Positions 37,028 to 50,987 of a stretch of 64,000 bases of DNA are shown piece after piece (position 1 is the stretch's first letter; every line of letters starts with the position of its first letter). The notes beneath the pieces were generated by a model. That model saw only the letters and a program-made list of their open reading frames with translations, was not told where the DNA came from and ran no database searches. The stretch is from Hydrolagus colliei (taxonomy: Eukaryota), in NCBI GenBank assembly GCA_035084275.1, contig CM068762.1:6324001-6388000 (forward strand), in the 5' to 3' direction. A program made the translations under genes and the position numbers.

Positions 37028-38202
37028 CTTCTGATGTCAAACCACAAAGAAATCAGCTGCCTTTTCTTTCAAAGAAAGGTTATTTCACGGCAACTTCACA
37101 TTTGTGAAAGGTGAAAAGCACAAGGAAACCTGTTAACTGGACCAGGTTCAGCCATTGGTATACGCAGAACAAAATAGAAATTATTTCCCGGCAGGTTTTC
37201 TCCTTATAATGGCCCATTATGAGACCATGACACACAGTAAGTATTTCTTGCTCAAAACCATTGCGCTTTGAAGATATCACCTTTCTAATCTTGCAGCTCA
37301 AAATGCAGAATACAACAGCAAATCATACAACATACAGTATGTGTGTGCTTTTCTTTTGCGTTGTACAATTTTAATTAAAAACTGACAAGGCTCTTCACAT
37401 ATCTAATGCAACTATTAAAGAAAAAGCTGGCAAATTCTCAACGAATCTTATTTATTATTCAGTACAAGGGTGAAGATATCATGATAATAAAAGGATAATA
37501 CAAATAATTTAGTCACTCAATCCATGACTATCTGTGAGACAACGTGATAAGGTACTATACTAAATGCAAGGATTCTTCTTCTTATTAAATCCTGGCCAAT
37601 AATCTCCGGAATAAAATCTGATCACTCACTTCATGCCCATTTGTGGGCAATACTGTGTGCAAATTGGCTGCCCCATTCACCTCTAAATACACAGTCACAA
37701 CATTGTACAATAACTATCTGATGACATGATAAGGTGCTGTTTCAAAATGCAAGGAATATTTTAAGTATGGATTTGCTCGATCTCCATGCTTCCAATATTT
37801 GGCATTTTGATATGTACTGTACAAAGTTAATAGATGTTATATTTGAACAGCGTTTATTTTTAAAACTGTGCGCTTGCCAATGAAAGATGTTGTACGTAAT
37901 GAAGCCTTTCCTTATCCTTTGATAGTTTATCTCAACATAGCATGGACTGACATGTAGGCAGTAAACAATACAAGGAAGAGTTCGTCATTGTGTTTCCTGT
38001 GTTCAGGAGGAAATGTGAAGATCTCAAAGTGCTCCACAAATACCCCTGATCTTCGATTACTGACTTTTCTGCAGTGTCTCTATGTTCCTCTTACAGTCAA
38101 GAATCTGGAAGCTCTTTAGGATATGTTTGGGATCAGCTCCATGAGATCAGATGGTGCAAAGCTATATGGACTCATCGAGTTTCAATCTATTTGAAAAACG
38201 TA

Positions 38203-38650
38203 TAGTGGAAACCAGTTAAGCTGGACACATTGGGAGCGGACATTTTGTCCGTTTTAGGAGGCGTCCGAGGTTAGCCAAAATACCATTCCCGACCAGCAGA
38301 GGAGCGGGGGTGAGCTCCCTCCCACCCATCGGCATTCATGTTCGATGACAATTTACCAATTAGTGGTGGCATTGAGGAGATTGACAGCCTTGAAGGCACT
38401 TGTGAATCGCTGAACTCCACCCAGTCAATCAATTGCAAAATTCCTTCCCTTATTCTACCCTCTTCCTCTGCCGCCCTCCCACTGATCACTGATTTCTGAA
38501 TGGCTGGAGTCCGCTGTCAATCAATCTTAGACTCCTCTCATCTGCACCCCAAAGTCCCTCATGGTTGAAGGCTCCACACGCAGTGTGAGTACATTCATCA
38601 GTGACCAGTGCAGCATTTTGCCTGGCGTCCGGCTAAAGTAGATTCCACTT
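38203..38650. mobile_element. Old Tigger/pogo-like non-autonomous element
   Basis: Imperfect TIRs tAGTGGAAaccagTTaAGCtGGACaC / aAGTGGAAtctacTTtAGCcGGACgC, with TA at both flanks. Confidence 0.45.
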
Positions 38651-39274
38651 TATTTCAGAGCAACAGAGAAATTTCTGCGCTGGCATTCCTTAACAGCTTC
38701 TTAAGAGTTCCTCTACTTCACACACTCTCAACCCCCACCCCAGCCCACCTCCTCCCGCCACCCTGCATTGTTGAAGCCTCCTTTAAGACTTCACTAAATT
38801 TGCACCAGATGGAACTTTACCTCATATATTTTTAAGTGGCTTTTTAAATTTCTCTAAATGTTTACTAATAATCACATGTGCCAAATCTTTACTCTTTAGG
38901 GAGTGGGGGGAATGGGAGGGGATGAGGGGGAAGGGCAAGGGGGAGGTGGGGGGGAGGGGGAAGAGGGTCAGGATCATTGAGATGTCAGAAAGTAAACCTA
39001 AACCTGAAAAGAGTTCCTATGTTCTCCTTTGCTTCTTTCCTATAGCTTTAATGAATATCAACTTCATTAAATTAACACGGCAACAATGCACATGCTTTGC
39101 ATTTCAGTCAGAGACGTCAAAATCCTGCACATCCTGTTAACCCTTTATCCTTTTCTTATCCTCTTCAAGTTTGAAGGTAGATTTTGCTAGCAAACGGGAC
39201 AGTCATGTGCATCTAATGTACTGCTCCACTGTGGTTAAGTGGTCATCGTGTGAAGGACGCCGTATAAATCTATC

Positions 39275-39422
39275 AATTGGATAGATATTTGAAAAGAAAA
39301 GATTGCAAGCTTTGGAATAAAATCAAGGGAGTGAGACTAGTTAGTAGTTCTTTCAAAGAGCCGGCACACGCACGATGGGCTGAATGGCCTCCTTCTGTGC
39401 TCTAGGATTCTATGATTCTATA
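39275..39422 (+). mobile_element. CR1 LINE 3' end
   Basis: ctttcaaagagccggcac...gatgggctgaatggcctccttctgtgc...ttctatgattctat matches the 3' end of the CR1 at 2593. Confidence 0.85.
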
Positions 39423-40469
39423 AATGCAAGTTGCTGTTGTTTTGCCTGGCCAGCACATAGCTAGCAATTAACAATTGAAGTTTGTCTATTCCCGTTCAAA
39501 ATAGCCATGTACGTAAGAATGGTGTTGGGAATCTCGCACTTTTTTTTTAAAAAAAGGCTCAAACCCAAATTATACCTAAAATGGGCGTGATTCTGACGTC
39601 ATTGGCTCAGGTTGAAGATTATTCCGATTTGGGCTTGAGTGGGAGCAAAACTTGTGTAAATCTCGATGCCTCAAAAGCTGTTTTGAACTCAAAATGACAG
39701 CACAGATCCCTGACTGCTTCAGCGGCAACGTCCGCTAAACCGTTGCGATTGCAAGGGAACGACAGGTAAGATCTCTGACTGTTCTGCTTCGCTAATAATA
39801 TAATCCTCGCATTTGATATAGCACTTTTCACATCTTATCGACGTCTCAAAGCACTTCACAGAACGTACTGTGAAGTGTCAATTTTATCCTCACCTGCGTT
39901 AATAATGCAGTTCTATCACAAGCTCATTCTGTTCACCTGACAAAATTCACCGTCGCTAGATTTGACGGTATATATCCTGTGAAGGGACTTTGAAACATCC
40001 TCCTGATGTACTGTAATGCAAGTATGATTATGGGGGCCTCCAATTACATAGCAAGTGGGAAGCAAGTCCATCCCAGTTGTAAGCTAATGTTATGAAGTGA
40101 CCTTCAAAGGCTCTCTCGCTACCAAAATAGCGGTTTCAGAAAAAGCAGCGGCGATCTCAGCTTGTGTTGACCTACTTGATTTCTATCTAATGCAACGTAA
40201 CGCTTCTGTGCCAGACTTCCCGGGCTGATGCTGTGCCAATTTTGGTGTCTGATTTTTTACAGGCAGGCAAACGTACCCCCAAAATGGTTCAGTGGTCCGT
40301 GACTGACAGCTCCTGATGCTGTGTCAAAGGAAAAGAGGCAACAGCCGAGATTGGCAGTGATGGCATCAAAGTTTGTGGGGCTCCAACAAGAACTTGCATA
40401 TTTATTGGGCCCCTCACGCAATGTACACTGTTGCCTTTCGGAACTGATTTTAAAAAAAATGAACTCACA

Positions 40470-40779
40470 AATAATAATAATCCTTGCGTTTGATATGGAG
40501 CTTTTCACATCTGCTAGACGTCCCAAAGTGCTTCACAGATTATACTGTAAAGTGAATTGACTGTATATATGTGGGCGAAATGCATTAGGCAATTGCGCAC
40601 GGCAGTGTCCCACAAACAGTCGTGGATTGAGTGACCATATAAGTATTGTTTTTTTTTAAGGGATTATTATCAAGAGCATAGAGTAAGGAAACTTGCCCAA
40701 GGTTTAGCCCGGCCTGGAATTGAACCCAGATCTCTCGCTTGGGAGGGTGAGTGCTCCAGCCACCGAGCTACAGGACTCC
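40470..40779 (-). mobile_element. tRNA-derived SINE, full length
   Basis: Family tail, body and head (...gagctacaggactcc). Confidence 0.9.
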
Positions 40780-41268
40780 ACAATATGCTGCAGCAACACA
40801 TATCCCCATGCATTGCAGCAGCAGCATTTTGCGAGTTAAGTTAGCTTTGGCAAGTTTGCGTAGGTAAGCTTCACGCAAAGTAAAAGAGTCGCGCAATCAT
40901 TCCCTCCGATAGAATCAGCAGGATTAAGACGAAATGTTCACAACGGGGGACATAATACACACGAGCGAGTCTCTTGCAAAAATAAAGCGATTACATGGCA
41001 GCACTTCACAATTATCTTTCAGGTCATACGTCCGCTGATTATAGCCTTGCTCGGAAATCTTTGCTCACAAACGGCAATGGGTGGAAGAGATGAGACTCAG
41101 CGGAGGACGTCGATAGTAATTTTAGAATTTCTAAGGCGTCTTCAATCCTCTAACCACTGCGCCCGGTGACGTGGTTACAGACCAGTTCACAAAACAAAAA
41201 CGCACCGTGGGGCACGTAGCACACAGACACAACAAGCGGCTCCATGGTGACAAAAACAGACTTCAACT

Positions 41269-41300
41269 TCAGTACACGTCAGATCTCTGACGTGTACTGA
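41269..41300. repeat. Perfect palindrome (15-bp arms, 2-nt spacer)
   Basis: tcagtacacgtcaga-tc-tctgacgtgtactga. Confidence 0.92.
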
Positions 41301-42515
41301 GATGGCAATTAGAGAGAAGATTATTTCTACCGATGGTCCATTTGTTGGGGTGGGGGGGGGAGAGGGGTGGGGGGAATAAAAACAGCAACAAAAACAACTT
41401 GCATTTACATAGCGCCCTTCACACAGGGTAGCGTTTACTCACAGCATTTCATTTACTCACCGGCGGGGGTTAAAAAAAATAGGGAGATGTCGGAAGAAAT
41501 GTCTCTTTACACAAGGGGTTGTTGCAATATGGAAAGCTTTCCTGCAAATATTGCAAATATTGTAGAAGCTGAATGCATAATAGAATCAAAAGGGAATTCG
41601 ATAAATACTTAAAACATGTGAAAAGCGTTATATCAAATGCAAGGATTATTATTATATTAGAGTGGAAGAGCACACAGCAGGGAAATAGGAATGGAATAGA
41701 TAGCTCCAGGGGTTGGAGGCGAGGGGAAGAGGAGAAGTGACTAGTACCAGAACAAATACAATGGTCATCTCACTCAAGTGAGTACACGCAAAAGAAGCAA
41801 CAGCTGGCATTTATATACAGCTATCCTGTTTTTTTCCATCTTTACTGTGGGAAATCCCATTCAAAAAAAATGTACGAGAATCATTTTTCTCTCCTCCCAT
41901 CATGATGGCACCAGCAGCCTAGCTGTACCTCCCCCGAGTGGCCAAACTTCATGTGTCAATATCAGGAGCTATTCAACCGTGAGGGGAAACGCAGCCAAGC
42001 CTGATCCTGTGCTGACCCCGGCGTCCGTGCAATTGCACTTCCAGCAGGGATCATTTGATAGCAATTAGCAGCGAGAATCTGGACAGATTGATTTTGGGGG
42101 GGGGGGGGGGGCGGGGGGGCGGGGAGAGAGGGGGTGGGTCAGACTACCATCTGACACATTCAGAAACAGGACACTGTGCTTAAAACAGTCTCCAAATCAG
42201 ACAGGGTTCCGTGGATGCCACTTACGCTCTGAAACCTTCCTGTGTTCTGGAATTGCAATGCCCGCGTACCTGGAGGAATTCCCTGGAGGGAGATACCCCG
42301 CTTAACAACATGCTGGAGAATATCAGGCGCAGTATTAGGAATTCAACGAGCTAAAGCTGTAATACATGCCATTCAAAGCACTGCACTGTCTGGCAAATGA
42401 CTTATCCAGCTCGGACCACCCTACTTGTTATGGCTTTGGCCTGTAGGGTTAACAGGAACTAAGCTATGAGGAATCCCTACACTGGGCTACTGATCTGTCC
42501 CTCCTTGTCCTGCTT

Positions 42516-42624
42516 CCCTTGTAAAAAAGTACCATGGTAATGGTGGTAGTACCATGATAGTACCATGGATCTACCACCATAACAATGGTACTACCACCAT
42601 TACCATGGTACTTTTTTACAAGGG
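42516..42624. mobile_element. 109-bp MITE with perfect 40-bp TIRs (CCCTT...AAGGG) and a TT flank duplication, CACTA/EnSpm-like
   Basis: CCCTTGTAAAAAAGTACCATGGTAATGGTGGTAGTACCAT occurs at both ends in inverted orientation. TT at 42514-42515 and 42625-42626. Confidence 0.85.
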
Positions 42625-42648
42625 TTATGAGCCAGGATGATCTGTCAT

Positions 42649-43000
42649 GGAGTCCTGCAGCTCAGTCCTCAGAGCACTCAACAACAACAACTTGGATTTA
42701 TATAGCGTCCTCCATGCTGGACTCGTCTTACAAGCGCGAGACCTGTGTTCGAATCCAGGTAGGTCAGGGTGAAACTTTGGGCAAGTTTCTTTACTCCACA
42801 CGCCTAATAATAATCCCTAACAAAAAAAGCAAGAATAAAATTGGTCATTTCAATCCACAACTGTTTGTGGGACACGGCTGTGCGCAATTGGCTGCTGCGT
42901 TTCGCCCACAAATATACGGTCAATCCATTTTAAAGTTTATTCTTTGAGACATCTAGAAGACATGAGAAGCGCTATATCAAATGCAATGATTATTATTATA
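42649..43000 (+). mobile_element. tRNA-derived SINE whose head is interrupted by a 41-nt antisense L2 tail (42680-42720)
   Basis: ACTC is duplicated at 42676-42679 and 42721-42724 around aacaacaacaacttggatttatatagcgtcctccatgctgg. Confidence 0.85.
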
Positions 43001-43799
43001 ATTTCCTGGAGCATTGTGGTCTGCTTTTTTTTCCCGAGAAATATTGAGGCCAACAGCAGTGCTCCTACCACCTCCACATGTCCATATGAGCGCTTTCTGG
43101 GACACTGCCCTGTGTAAGGGGGTGCTGTATAAATGCAAGTTGCTGTTGTAGTTGAGAGATAAAAGAATGGAAAATAACAGGCATCAAAACAGGAATCTTC
43201 CTTGGGTTGTAGAGCTTTGTACCTCACCATACACTGAGCCTCCATTAGATGCAATCAACATTACACAATATCCAGTGAGAACGTTCCAAGATTTGTTATA
43301 AGAAATAAAAAGAATTACTATATAAAACACTTGAAAAGTACCAACACAAATTCCACCGTGCCCTGCTGCATCAAAAGGTCATCTCTCCGCCACCGGCTTT
43401 ATTTAAAGCCTATTTCACGGTCAATTAATCTCGTATTTCATCACCTCCATCAAACTGCTGAATAACCAGCCTGCCAGGTTTGACAATGGGAGGTTGAATG
43501 GTAAACATCACTGTGATCATGTTAGTTCCCATTCCGCTTTGTGCAAATAATAACAATAATAATAATACTTGCATTTGGTACAGCGTCTGATTAAGTCATC
43601 TCAAAGTACTTCACAGAATATACTGCAAAGTGGATTGACTGTGTATTTTGTGGATGAAATGCGGAGGCTAAATGTCTTAATGAATAAGGTGGTCCATGAC
43701 ACATAAACAACAGGTATTTTTACCAGGCTGAAATACAACAAACTCCACTCATTTACAGACACTAAAGTTATGAAGAACCCTCTTACAGCTTATTTCGAT

Positions 43800-44180
43800 G
43801 GAGTGGGGGAAGAAGGTAGGATTGGTAGGGAGGTGCGAGGGCACAAAGGGATTTGAAAACGAATGAGAATATCTTAAATTCAATCTGTTCAGCAATTGGG
43901 AGCCAGTGGAGCCTGGCAAGGACTGGTGTGATGGGGGCGGCGGAATTTTGAATTCATTGAATTCTGTATAGGGTGGAGATGGGGAGACCAGCGAGGAGGG
44001 CATTGGAATAGTCCAGCAGGGAAATGACAAAGTTGTGGACGAGGGTTTCAGCTGCATTGGTTGCGGGTTTGGACTGAGGCGGACAGTGTGATGGAAGTGG
44101 AATGAAGCTGTCCTGGTCAGGGAATGGATGTGGGTAGAAAGGAAAGCTGGGCTTAAAACCTGGTGCCTAAACAGAGCACA
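43800..44180 (-). mobile_element. L2 LINE ORF2 fragment
   Basis: Minus translation AAETLVHNFVISLLDYSNALLAGLP...HWLPIAEQIEFKI. Confidence 0.8.
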
Positions 44181-44229
44181 GGATCGTTCGGTGAGTTTGA
44201 AGGAGGGCCTGGGGAACTTTATTTTAAGC

Positions 44230-45370
44230 AGTTAATGAAAGGTAAAAAGGCAATTTGCACCTTTAAGTTAACAAATGATGTAAGAAATATTAAAGAAGAC
44301 CAGAAAATGGTAGATCTGTTAAATTAATTATTCAAAATGAAGACTGGAAGCAAATTCCTGATCAAGTGGTTTTAGCTTAGAAATCTGCAACATATGTGGA
44401 AATAAGCGAAGCTTGTCTGAGGGTTGCATTCAGGACAATTTGGCCAGATGTCGTATATCCTAAAATCCTCAAGGAAATTTGCAAAGAAATAGGGGAGATA
44501 TTTAGGATGTACAAAGATACAAGAACTGAATATGAAGCCTAAAGGAAAGCTAATTTTAATCCTGATTTTTTTTAAAAAAACAGTTTGAAGTAATGAATTA
44601 TAGAAAAGCTATCTAAACAACACAAGTGAAGAAAAATAGTCAAAATCATTTCACAGGCTTCTATTGTTGTTCATATGTCATCTGCATAGATTATGGTTTT
44701 GAAATCCATTGGCATTCTTTGCAGTGGTGATTAAACTAGTTGATGAGAGCAATCTGTTGGAGATAATCTTGGATCCTCAGAAGGGATTTAAATAAAAGTT
44801 CTATTGAGTGAAGCATGGAAATGATAGCAATCAAGGTGATCCAAACCAATTATCCTAATGGACCAAGGAACGGCAGATAGATCTTAGCGTAGAAAAAATG
44901 CCCAGTGGTGTTCCATTCATGTGTGCATGATTACAGGGTGTTCATTAGCAAAAGTGGAGAGAGCATTTGGGATCAATTTATGACCATTCAGTCAAAGTAT
45001 CTATTCACTGTGAGCCTGTCATCAACAAAGCTAATTGTGGACTTGGACACATCTCAAAGGAATTTGCTTATAATCCAAAGAAGTTATCCTAAGGTTCTAC
45101 AAATCATTGACGATGGCATGTTTTAGACTAGTTTTTTTTAAACTTGGATGGTGAACACAGAACCGAATCATAGAAGTGGATATCTGACGATCCCATAACA
45201 CTGCTAAGGGAAATTGAAAGAGAAGAGAGCTTCTCCCAGTGACCTGGCCAACAGTCCAGCAGAACAAAATGTGATTCATGTGAACGAAATAGCTGTGCAT
45301 TTTCCCAGACAAAAAGGGTTACTGCAATTGACTGTATTTCAGTTAGAGACATTTCAACATAACAATTCCC
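44230..45370 (+). mobile_element. Highly degenerate CR1 LINE ORF2 fragment
   Basis: Remnants PDVVYPKILKEICKEI (GPDxIHPRVLKE-like) and LDPQKGF (LDFxKAFDKV-like), with many stops and indels. Confidence 0.6.
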
Positions 45371-45729
45371 TGAACATAAAGGACTATAAAAACTGAATTT
45401 CTATCTTACTGAAGCTACGGTCGACTCACTCAGGCTTGCTAACAATTTTAAACCATCATCACACCCACTGCCATCATCATTACCACCACTCAATGTTCAC
45501 ACAGAAACATTCAAAGAGTCAACAGAAATAAATCCCAATTCTAATTCTTTATGAACGCTGATGTTGAGAAAGACTGTTGAAATATTATTCAAATCTACAA
45601 ACATGCAAACCTTTTAATAGTTTAATTACTAAACCATTTCACCAAAGTGTGATGAAATGTAATTTGAAGGATGTTTCCCTTTGCTGAATGAGATCCAGTT
45701 TCATTCTGAACATTTCTGATACACAAGAA

Positions 45730-46170
45730 AATGCAAATGTATATTTATCTAGCGCCTTTCGTGTTGGGAGGACCTCAGAAAGTGCTTAACAATATTGACT
45801 TAGCACCCGAGGTGGGGATGTGAACTGAGGAAAGATGAATGATAGTGCAATCAAAGAGGTCAGCCTTCAGATGTATCTTGAACGATGATAGACAGGAAGC
45901 ATGATGGAAGATCTCTGGGATGGAGTTTCACAGAAAGGAAGCAAATAGACAAAATGCCTGCCTGCCGATGGGAAGGGAGATATGGAGGTGGACCCTGAAC
46001 CAGATCAGTGCCTCCTTTGCAAAGTGAAGGGGTGGGTCTGTAGGGTTTGAGGTGGTGGTGGAGGGATCCAGAGCTAGGATGGGGAGAGATTGTGGAGGGA
46101 TATAAACCAAGACTGAGAATCTTGAATTTGATCTGCTGGAAAAATGGGGAGTCAATTGAGCTGGGCAAAG
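45730..46170 (-). mobile_element. L2 LINE 3' fragment
   Basis: FQQIKFKILSL motif and an L2 tail at ~45735-45790. Confidence 0.7.
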
Positions 46171-49100
46171 ATACAAATACAATACGCAATACAAAATTAC
46201 ATTTGTACAGCGCCTTTCACGTTGGTAAGACATCCCAAGTGGCTGGAAAATCAGGCATTTGGCAGAAAGATGACAGTGACTGGCTCGCCGAGCCTGCTGA
46301 CTGAAAATGGGACACAATTGAGCATTTCAAAATACCAGTTTCAAAAGAAATGATTTATTTCAATTCAGTGTGTTCCAGGGTTAACCTTTTACCATTGCTT
46401 TTGTGGCACACATTAATTCCCGAACTAGTCAGCTTCTCAAGTCTTACGAGTCGATATATTTACGCAATGAATGGAGACTCTTCATTCACATCAGCGTAGT
46501 CTGCATGTGGTGACTTAGTGGTCTTCCTGCACTATGAATAAAACTGAGTCATGAAATTCAACATTGGTTAAATTCAAAGGATGAGTGCATTTCTTTCTGA
46601 CCAACTTTGCCTACTGGTCTTTCCTTCCACATTGTACGAGACACATGGTGCTTCTTATGAACACCGCATGACTGGTTTCACGAGCTTTCCTTGGAAAAAA
46701 AAACACATGAAAGCCAATAAGAATCTGAGTCATAACTTGCTGTCCCCATGGCTGATACGGTAATAAGATGCTTCTCATTGCCTTTGGTGTGACACATTAA
46801 AGCAATTAAACTTTTAAAAGGGCGAACCCAACAGCTGTATGCTTGTAGATTTGGATGGCATTTCAGCTTTGAAACGTCCATGCTTTCTCAACAAGTTTTC
46901 TTAGACCACACGCCACTGTTCACCTCATGCTAAGTAGGAACTTACTTAGTCGTTTGCGCATCGTTTTCTAGGGGTGATAATCCCCTTTTAAACAATGGGG
47001 TCAGTCAATTGATGACCGTTTGTGGGACACTGTGACGTGTAAATTGGCTGTCCACCTCACAAAATACGTAATTGCTGCACTCTGCAATAGATTCCGTGCA
47101 ATTTCCATGGCTTTGAGACATCTCAGCCACATGATAATGTGCTATATCAAATACAAGGATTGTATTATTACAAAAAAAATTATAAAAACATCAGTGTGAT
47201 AAAGTAAACTGCTATGTCTGCCTATGAGTAGACTAAAGAGACATGCATGCGTTTGCGCTGCATGCTTGCTGGAAAATCTGAATGACATCGGCCACATGTT
47301 GCTGGCAAAAGCACAGTAGAGATCAGGCTTCTGAAAATGCCAACCGCACTGGAGCTGAGGTTGTGAAAGCACCGGTGGTGGGAAGCGGTTCCAGGAACAG
47401 AGGGATGGACACCTGCACAACACAAATTGCAGAAAGCGATTGCAAATGGGCTTGAGTCCCCTGTGAGTGCTGTTCAGTACTCTTAGGTAGTCTCTTTGTA
47501 GGCCTGGGAATTAGAACAGAACGGTTTATATAACTCCACCGAAACAGCCAAGCTCGCATGTACAGAGTATTTCTCTCTTGCAGTCCTGATTGAAAGTGAT
47601 GTGCAGTGGGCAGTCTAAAAATTAACTTCCCACTGCAGTGAATCAAGCCTCTTTTCTGCTGGCATCATAAGCGAGCGCAGTGTTTTAAATGAATACAAAT
47701 GTAGAACATGAATTTGGAGCTCAGACGTGCCAATTTACATCACGAGTGCTTGCGCGTGGATATTTGTGTGTGTTTGAGAACCGGCTGCCACATTTGCCTA
47801 CAATATACACAGCCGCTGCATGTTAAGTCAGTAAATCCTGGGAAGCGCTTCGAGACATCCTCTCAAAAAGTGGAACGAACTTCCATCAAATACAAGGGGT
47901 GGTTGTTGTTTATGGTGAAATTTTATTTTTCTTTAAATCCTCGTTCCACAATGTCTTGAAAGCAGTTTTTATTCAACAACGTCAGCTTCTGAATCTGTCA
48001 AGATTGATCGAATCTGATGAGTGACAAAGTGAGTCTAGAATTCCTGCATTTTAGCCACGTGCGTAATAACACTCATGTGGCCAAATTTGCAGGTCTCGAT
48101 GTCGTCTGTATAACCATTAATGACGATAATCGTTGCATTTGATATAGCACTTTATCACTTTGTTGAAATGCCTCAAAGTGTTACAGAGTCGATCACCTCA
48201 CTGGAGAGGACAAGGGTAAATATATTTTATTGAAATCTGTGAGAGCATCGTAGCTTTTTACTGGTTAGTTAACACTGATTGAATGGAAATAGCACCAATG
48301 CATATTATTGTACAACGTCACTACAGCTCCTCTGCTGGGCGGAAATGGTATTTCGGTTAACCTCGGGTGCCTCTTAAATCGGTCAAAATCTTCTTTCCCC
48401 TAAGTGTCTGGCTCAACTGGCTTCCACTGTGTGTACTGTGAAGTGGATTGACTGTGTTTTTTGTGGGCGAAAATGTGACGGCCAATTGCGCACAGCTGAC
48501 GTTAACTGTGAAGGTATTCACTGTGTGGTAGTGACATCCACTTTGCATGTTGGGCAGTTCCAGTCTGGTTGCAGCCTGGGTGTCTAATACCAGCCTACAA
48601 TTTCCTCTGTGGACAGAAAGCCCTCAAGCAGAGCAGAACAGGAGGCTGTTTGTGTTAACAAAGTCTTGTTTCTATAGCAACAATTAACTGCAGCTCGGTC
48701 ATGGCTGTCAGAATAAATCACAAAGCCTTATTAATTATTGGGAATGTTATCACCCATTCAGTCCTTCGGTGATCAGGTGGTTTAAACACAGAATATACCA
48801 ATAATAATAATAATCCTTGCATTTCCTATAGCGCCTTATCGTGTAGTTGAGACGTCTCAAAGCGCATCACATAAAAATACATTACATGTAATATATAATG
48901 CACAAACATACATGCGATTTATACATGGGTAATGGATGGCTAAGGCTTAGCATGGCTTCAGACCCCTCCACTCCGTCCCAATCTATCTTCCACTACTACC
49001 TTTTAAGGCAATTGGGAGGGACCACTGCCAGTCCTCCGATCAGCTCCAAACCACGCCACCCATACCCGCCCTCTTGCCTCTCTCCAAACCCATTGACTAA

Positions 49101-49459
49101 CCCATCCACCCACTTCCAGTTTTTGGCGGGACTGTTCTTTGGGGCGTCCCCACCTCCGAATTGGCCGATGAACCTCGGAGTCTGGCTGTTGGTTGAGGAG
49201 ATCCAGGTCACCAGGTCGCTGGCGATGTCACCTCCTGCTTTGCGCTTGGGCAGCAAACAGGAAGCGATACTGGCAGTGACCCAAATTACTCAGAATTCGT
49301 CCATTTATTCTTTTAGGATGTGAACCAGCCACCCGCACTCTACAGCTTTTAAGCGCTCTGAGACGCTGCGTGGAGGGCGCGCTATATAAGTGCAAGTTAT
49401 TGTTGTTGTACACATTGGCCAGAGAGAGGCCTTGGTAAAACACAGATTGGCTTTTTCAG

Positions 49460-49995
49460 GATTCCAAACACAGCATGAAAAAGAAGGTCTCATTTTCTAA
49501 AGTCTTGCTCAGTTGCATATTCTTTAAATGTATAAAGCCAATCAGTCTGTCATAGCCATCTGTCTTTGTCTCTTTGTATTTCTCATCAGTCCTATTCACA
49601 ATCTACAACACATCCTAGCTTTGTGCCATCCGCAAATTTAGACAAAGTCCCTTCTATTCCTGTATCCAGGTCACTGATGCGGAGAGTGAAAAGCTGGGTC
49701 CCCAGTATACTCAAACCCTAGAGGGCTCCCATCACACTGATGGCTAATCAGAGAACATCCCCCTTTCATACCAACTCTTTGCTTCCCATCTCCCAATCAA
49801 TGTCCTATCCTTGACAGAACAGTATCTTGAACTCTGTATGGTTTAATTTTAGCTCACGATCTTATACATTACACTTTATCCAAATACTTTGTGAAAATCC
49901 ACATTAATGATATCCATCGATCCCCTGTTACAGATTTCGGAGAGGGTGAGGATGGGATGGTTTTGTGAAGGGTTCACTTTGCCTCTTCAAAGAAT
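49460..49995 (-). mobile_element. Degenerate CR1 LINE RT fragment
   Basis: Minus remnants resembling DFxKAFDKV (~49870-49900) and ILGTQLFTLRISDL (~49670-49710). Confidence 0.7.
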
Positions 49996-50695
49996 GTGAA
50001 TAGGACGGGCGATCACATCCAATGGGAATAAAATAAAACATAGAACAATAACTGAGGTTAAAACATTTTAATATCGCAAAAGAAAACAGTTTCTTTCAGT
50101 GTCCAAGGCAACCACCCCTCAGATACAATTATTCATTCACTTTGAGGCTGTTTGTAGGGCACTGGTATGTTCAAATTGGCTGCTGCATTCACCTTCAAAA
50201 TACAGTCTCCACACTTTGTAGTATTGTGCTCTGAGAAGCCCTCTCCATATTAAAGATGTCACAATACTAAACGTGAGGATCGTCATTAAAATATACATGC
50301 CTCAACGATCGATAACCTTCAGCAATCCAGAAGTCATCTCTCATAGAATCAGATAAATAGATAGTGTACAAGGAGACCATTTTGACTATTGTGTCTACAT
50401 GGGATCTCATAGCAGGGTGTTCATTCAATCCCACCGCCCTCCCTTATCCCCATCCCCGCACAGCACCCATCCACACCCAGCTCGAGTCCAATTCCCTGAT
50501 CTCCCAGCGACCTGGGATCTCCTCCCGATGTGAATGGTGCCTATACAAATGTAGCTTTGTATTGCAGTGTATTCTTCAGGTCTGAGTTACAGAATTAAAC
50601 TGGATTTAAATGCCGAAATCTTAAAAGTTTTGAGCTGTAATAATTTGTTGACCGAGCTCCACCATGGAAAATCAGAGGAAAAGGTGAATTTACAT

Positions 50696-50987
50696 TAATA
50701 ATAATAATTCTTGCATTTGATATAGCGCTTTCTACATCTTCTGGACGCCTCAAAGCGCTTCACAGAATATACTGTAAAGTGAATTGAATGTATATTTGTG
50801 GATGAAACGTGGTAACCAATTGTGCACTGCAGTGTCCCACAAACAATCATGGATTGAAATGACCAATTTTTTTACTTTTTGAGGGATTATTATTAGGCAT
50901 GTGGTGTAAGTAAACTTGAGCAAGATTTCGCCCTGCCTGGAATTGAACCCAGGTCCCTTGCTTGCAAGGCGAATGCTCTAACCACTG
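50696..50987 (-). mobile_element. tRNA-derived SINE, near full length
   Basis: Family tail, body and most of the head. Confidence 0.9.
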
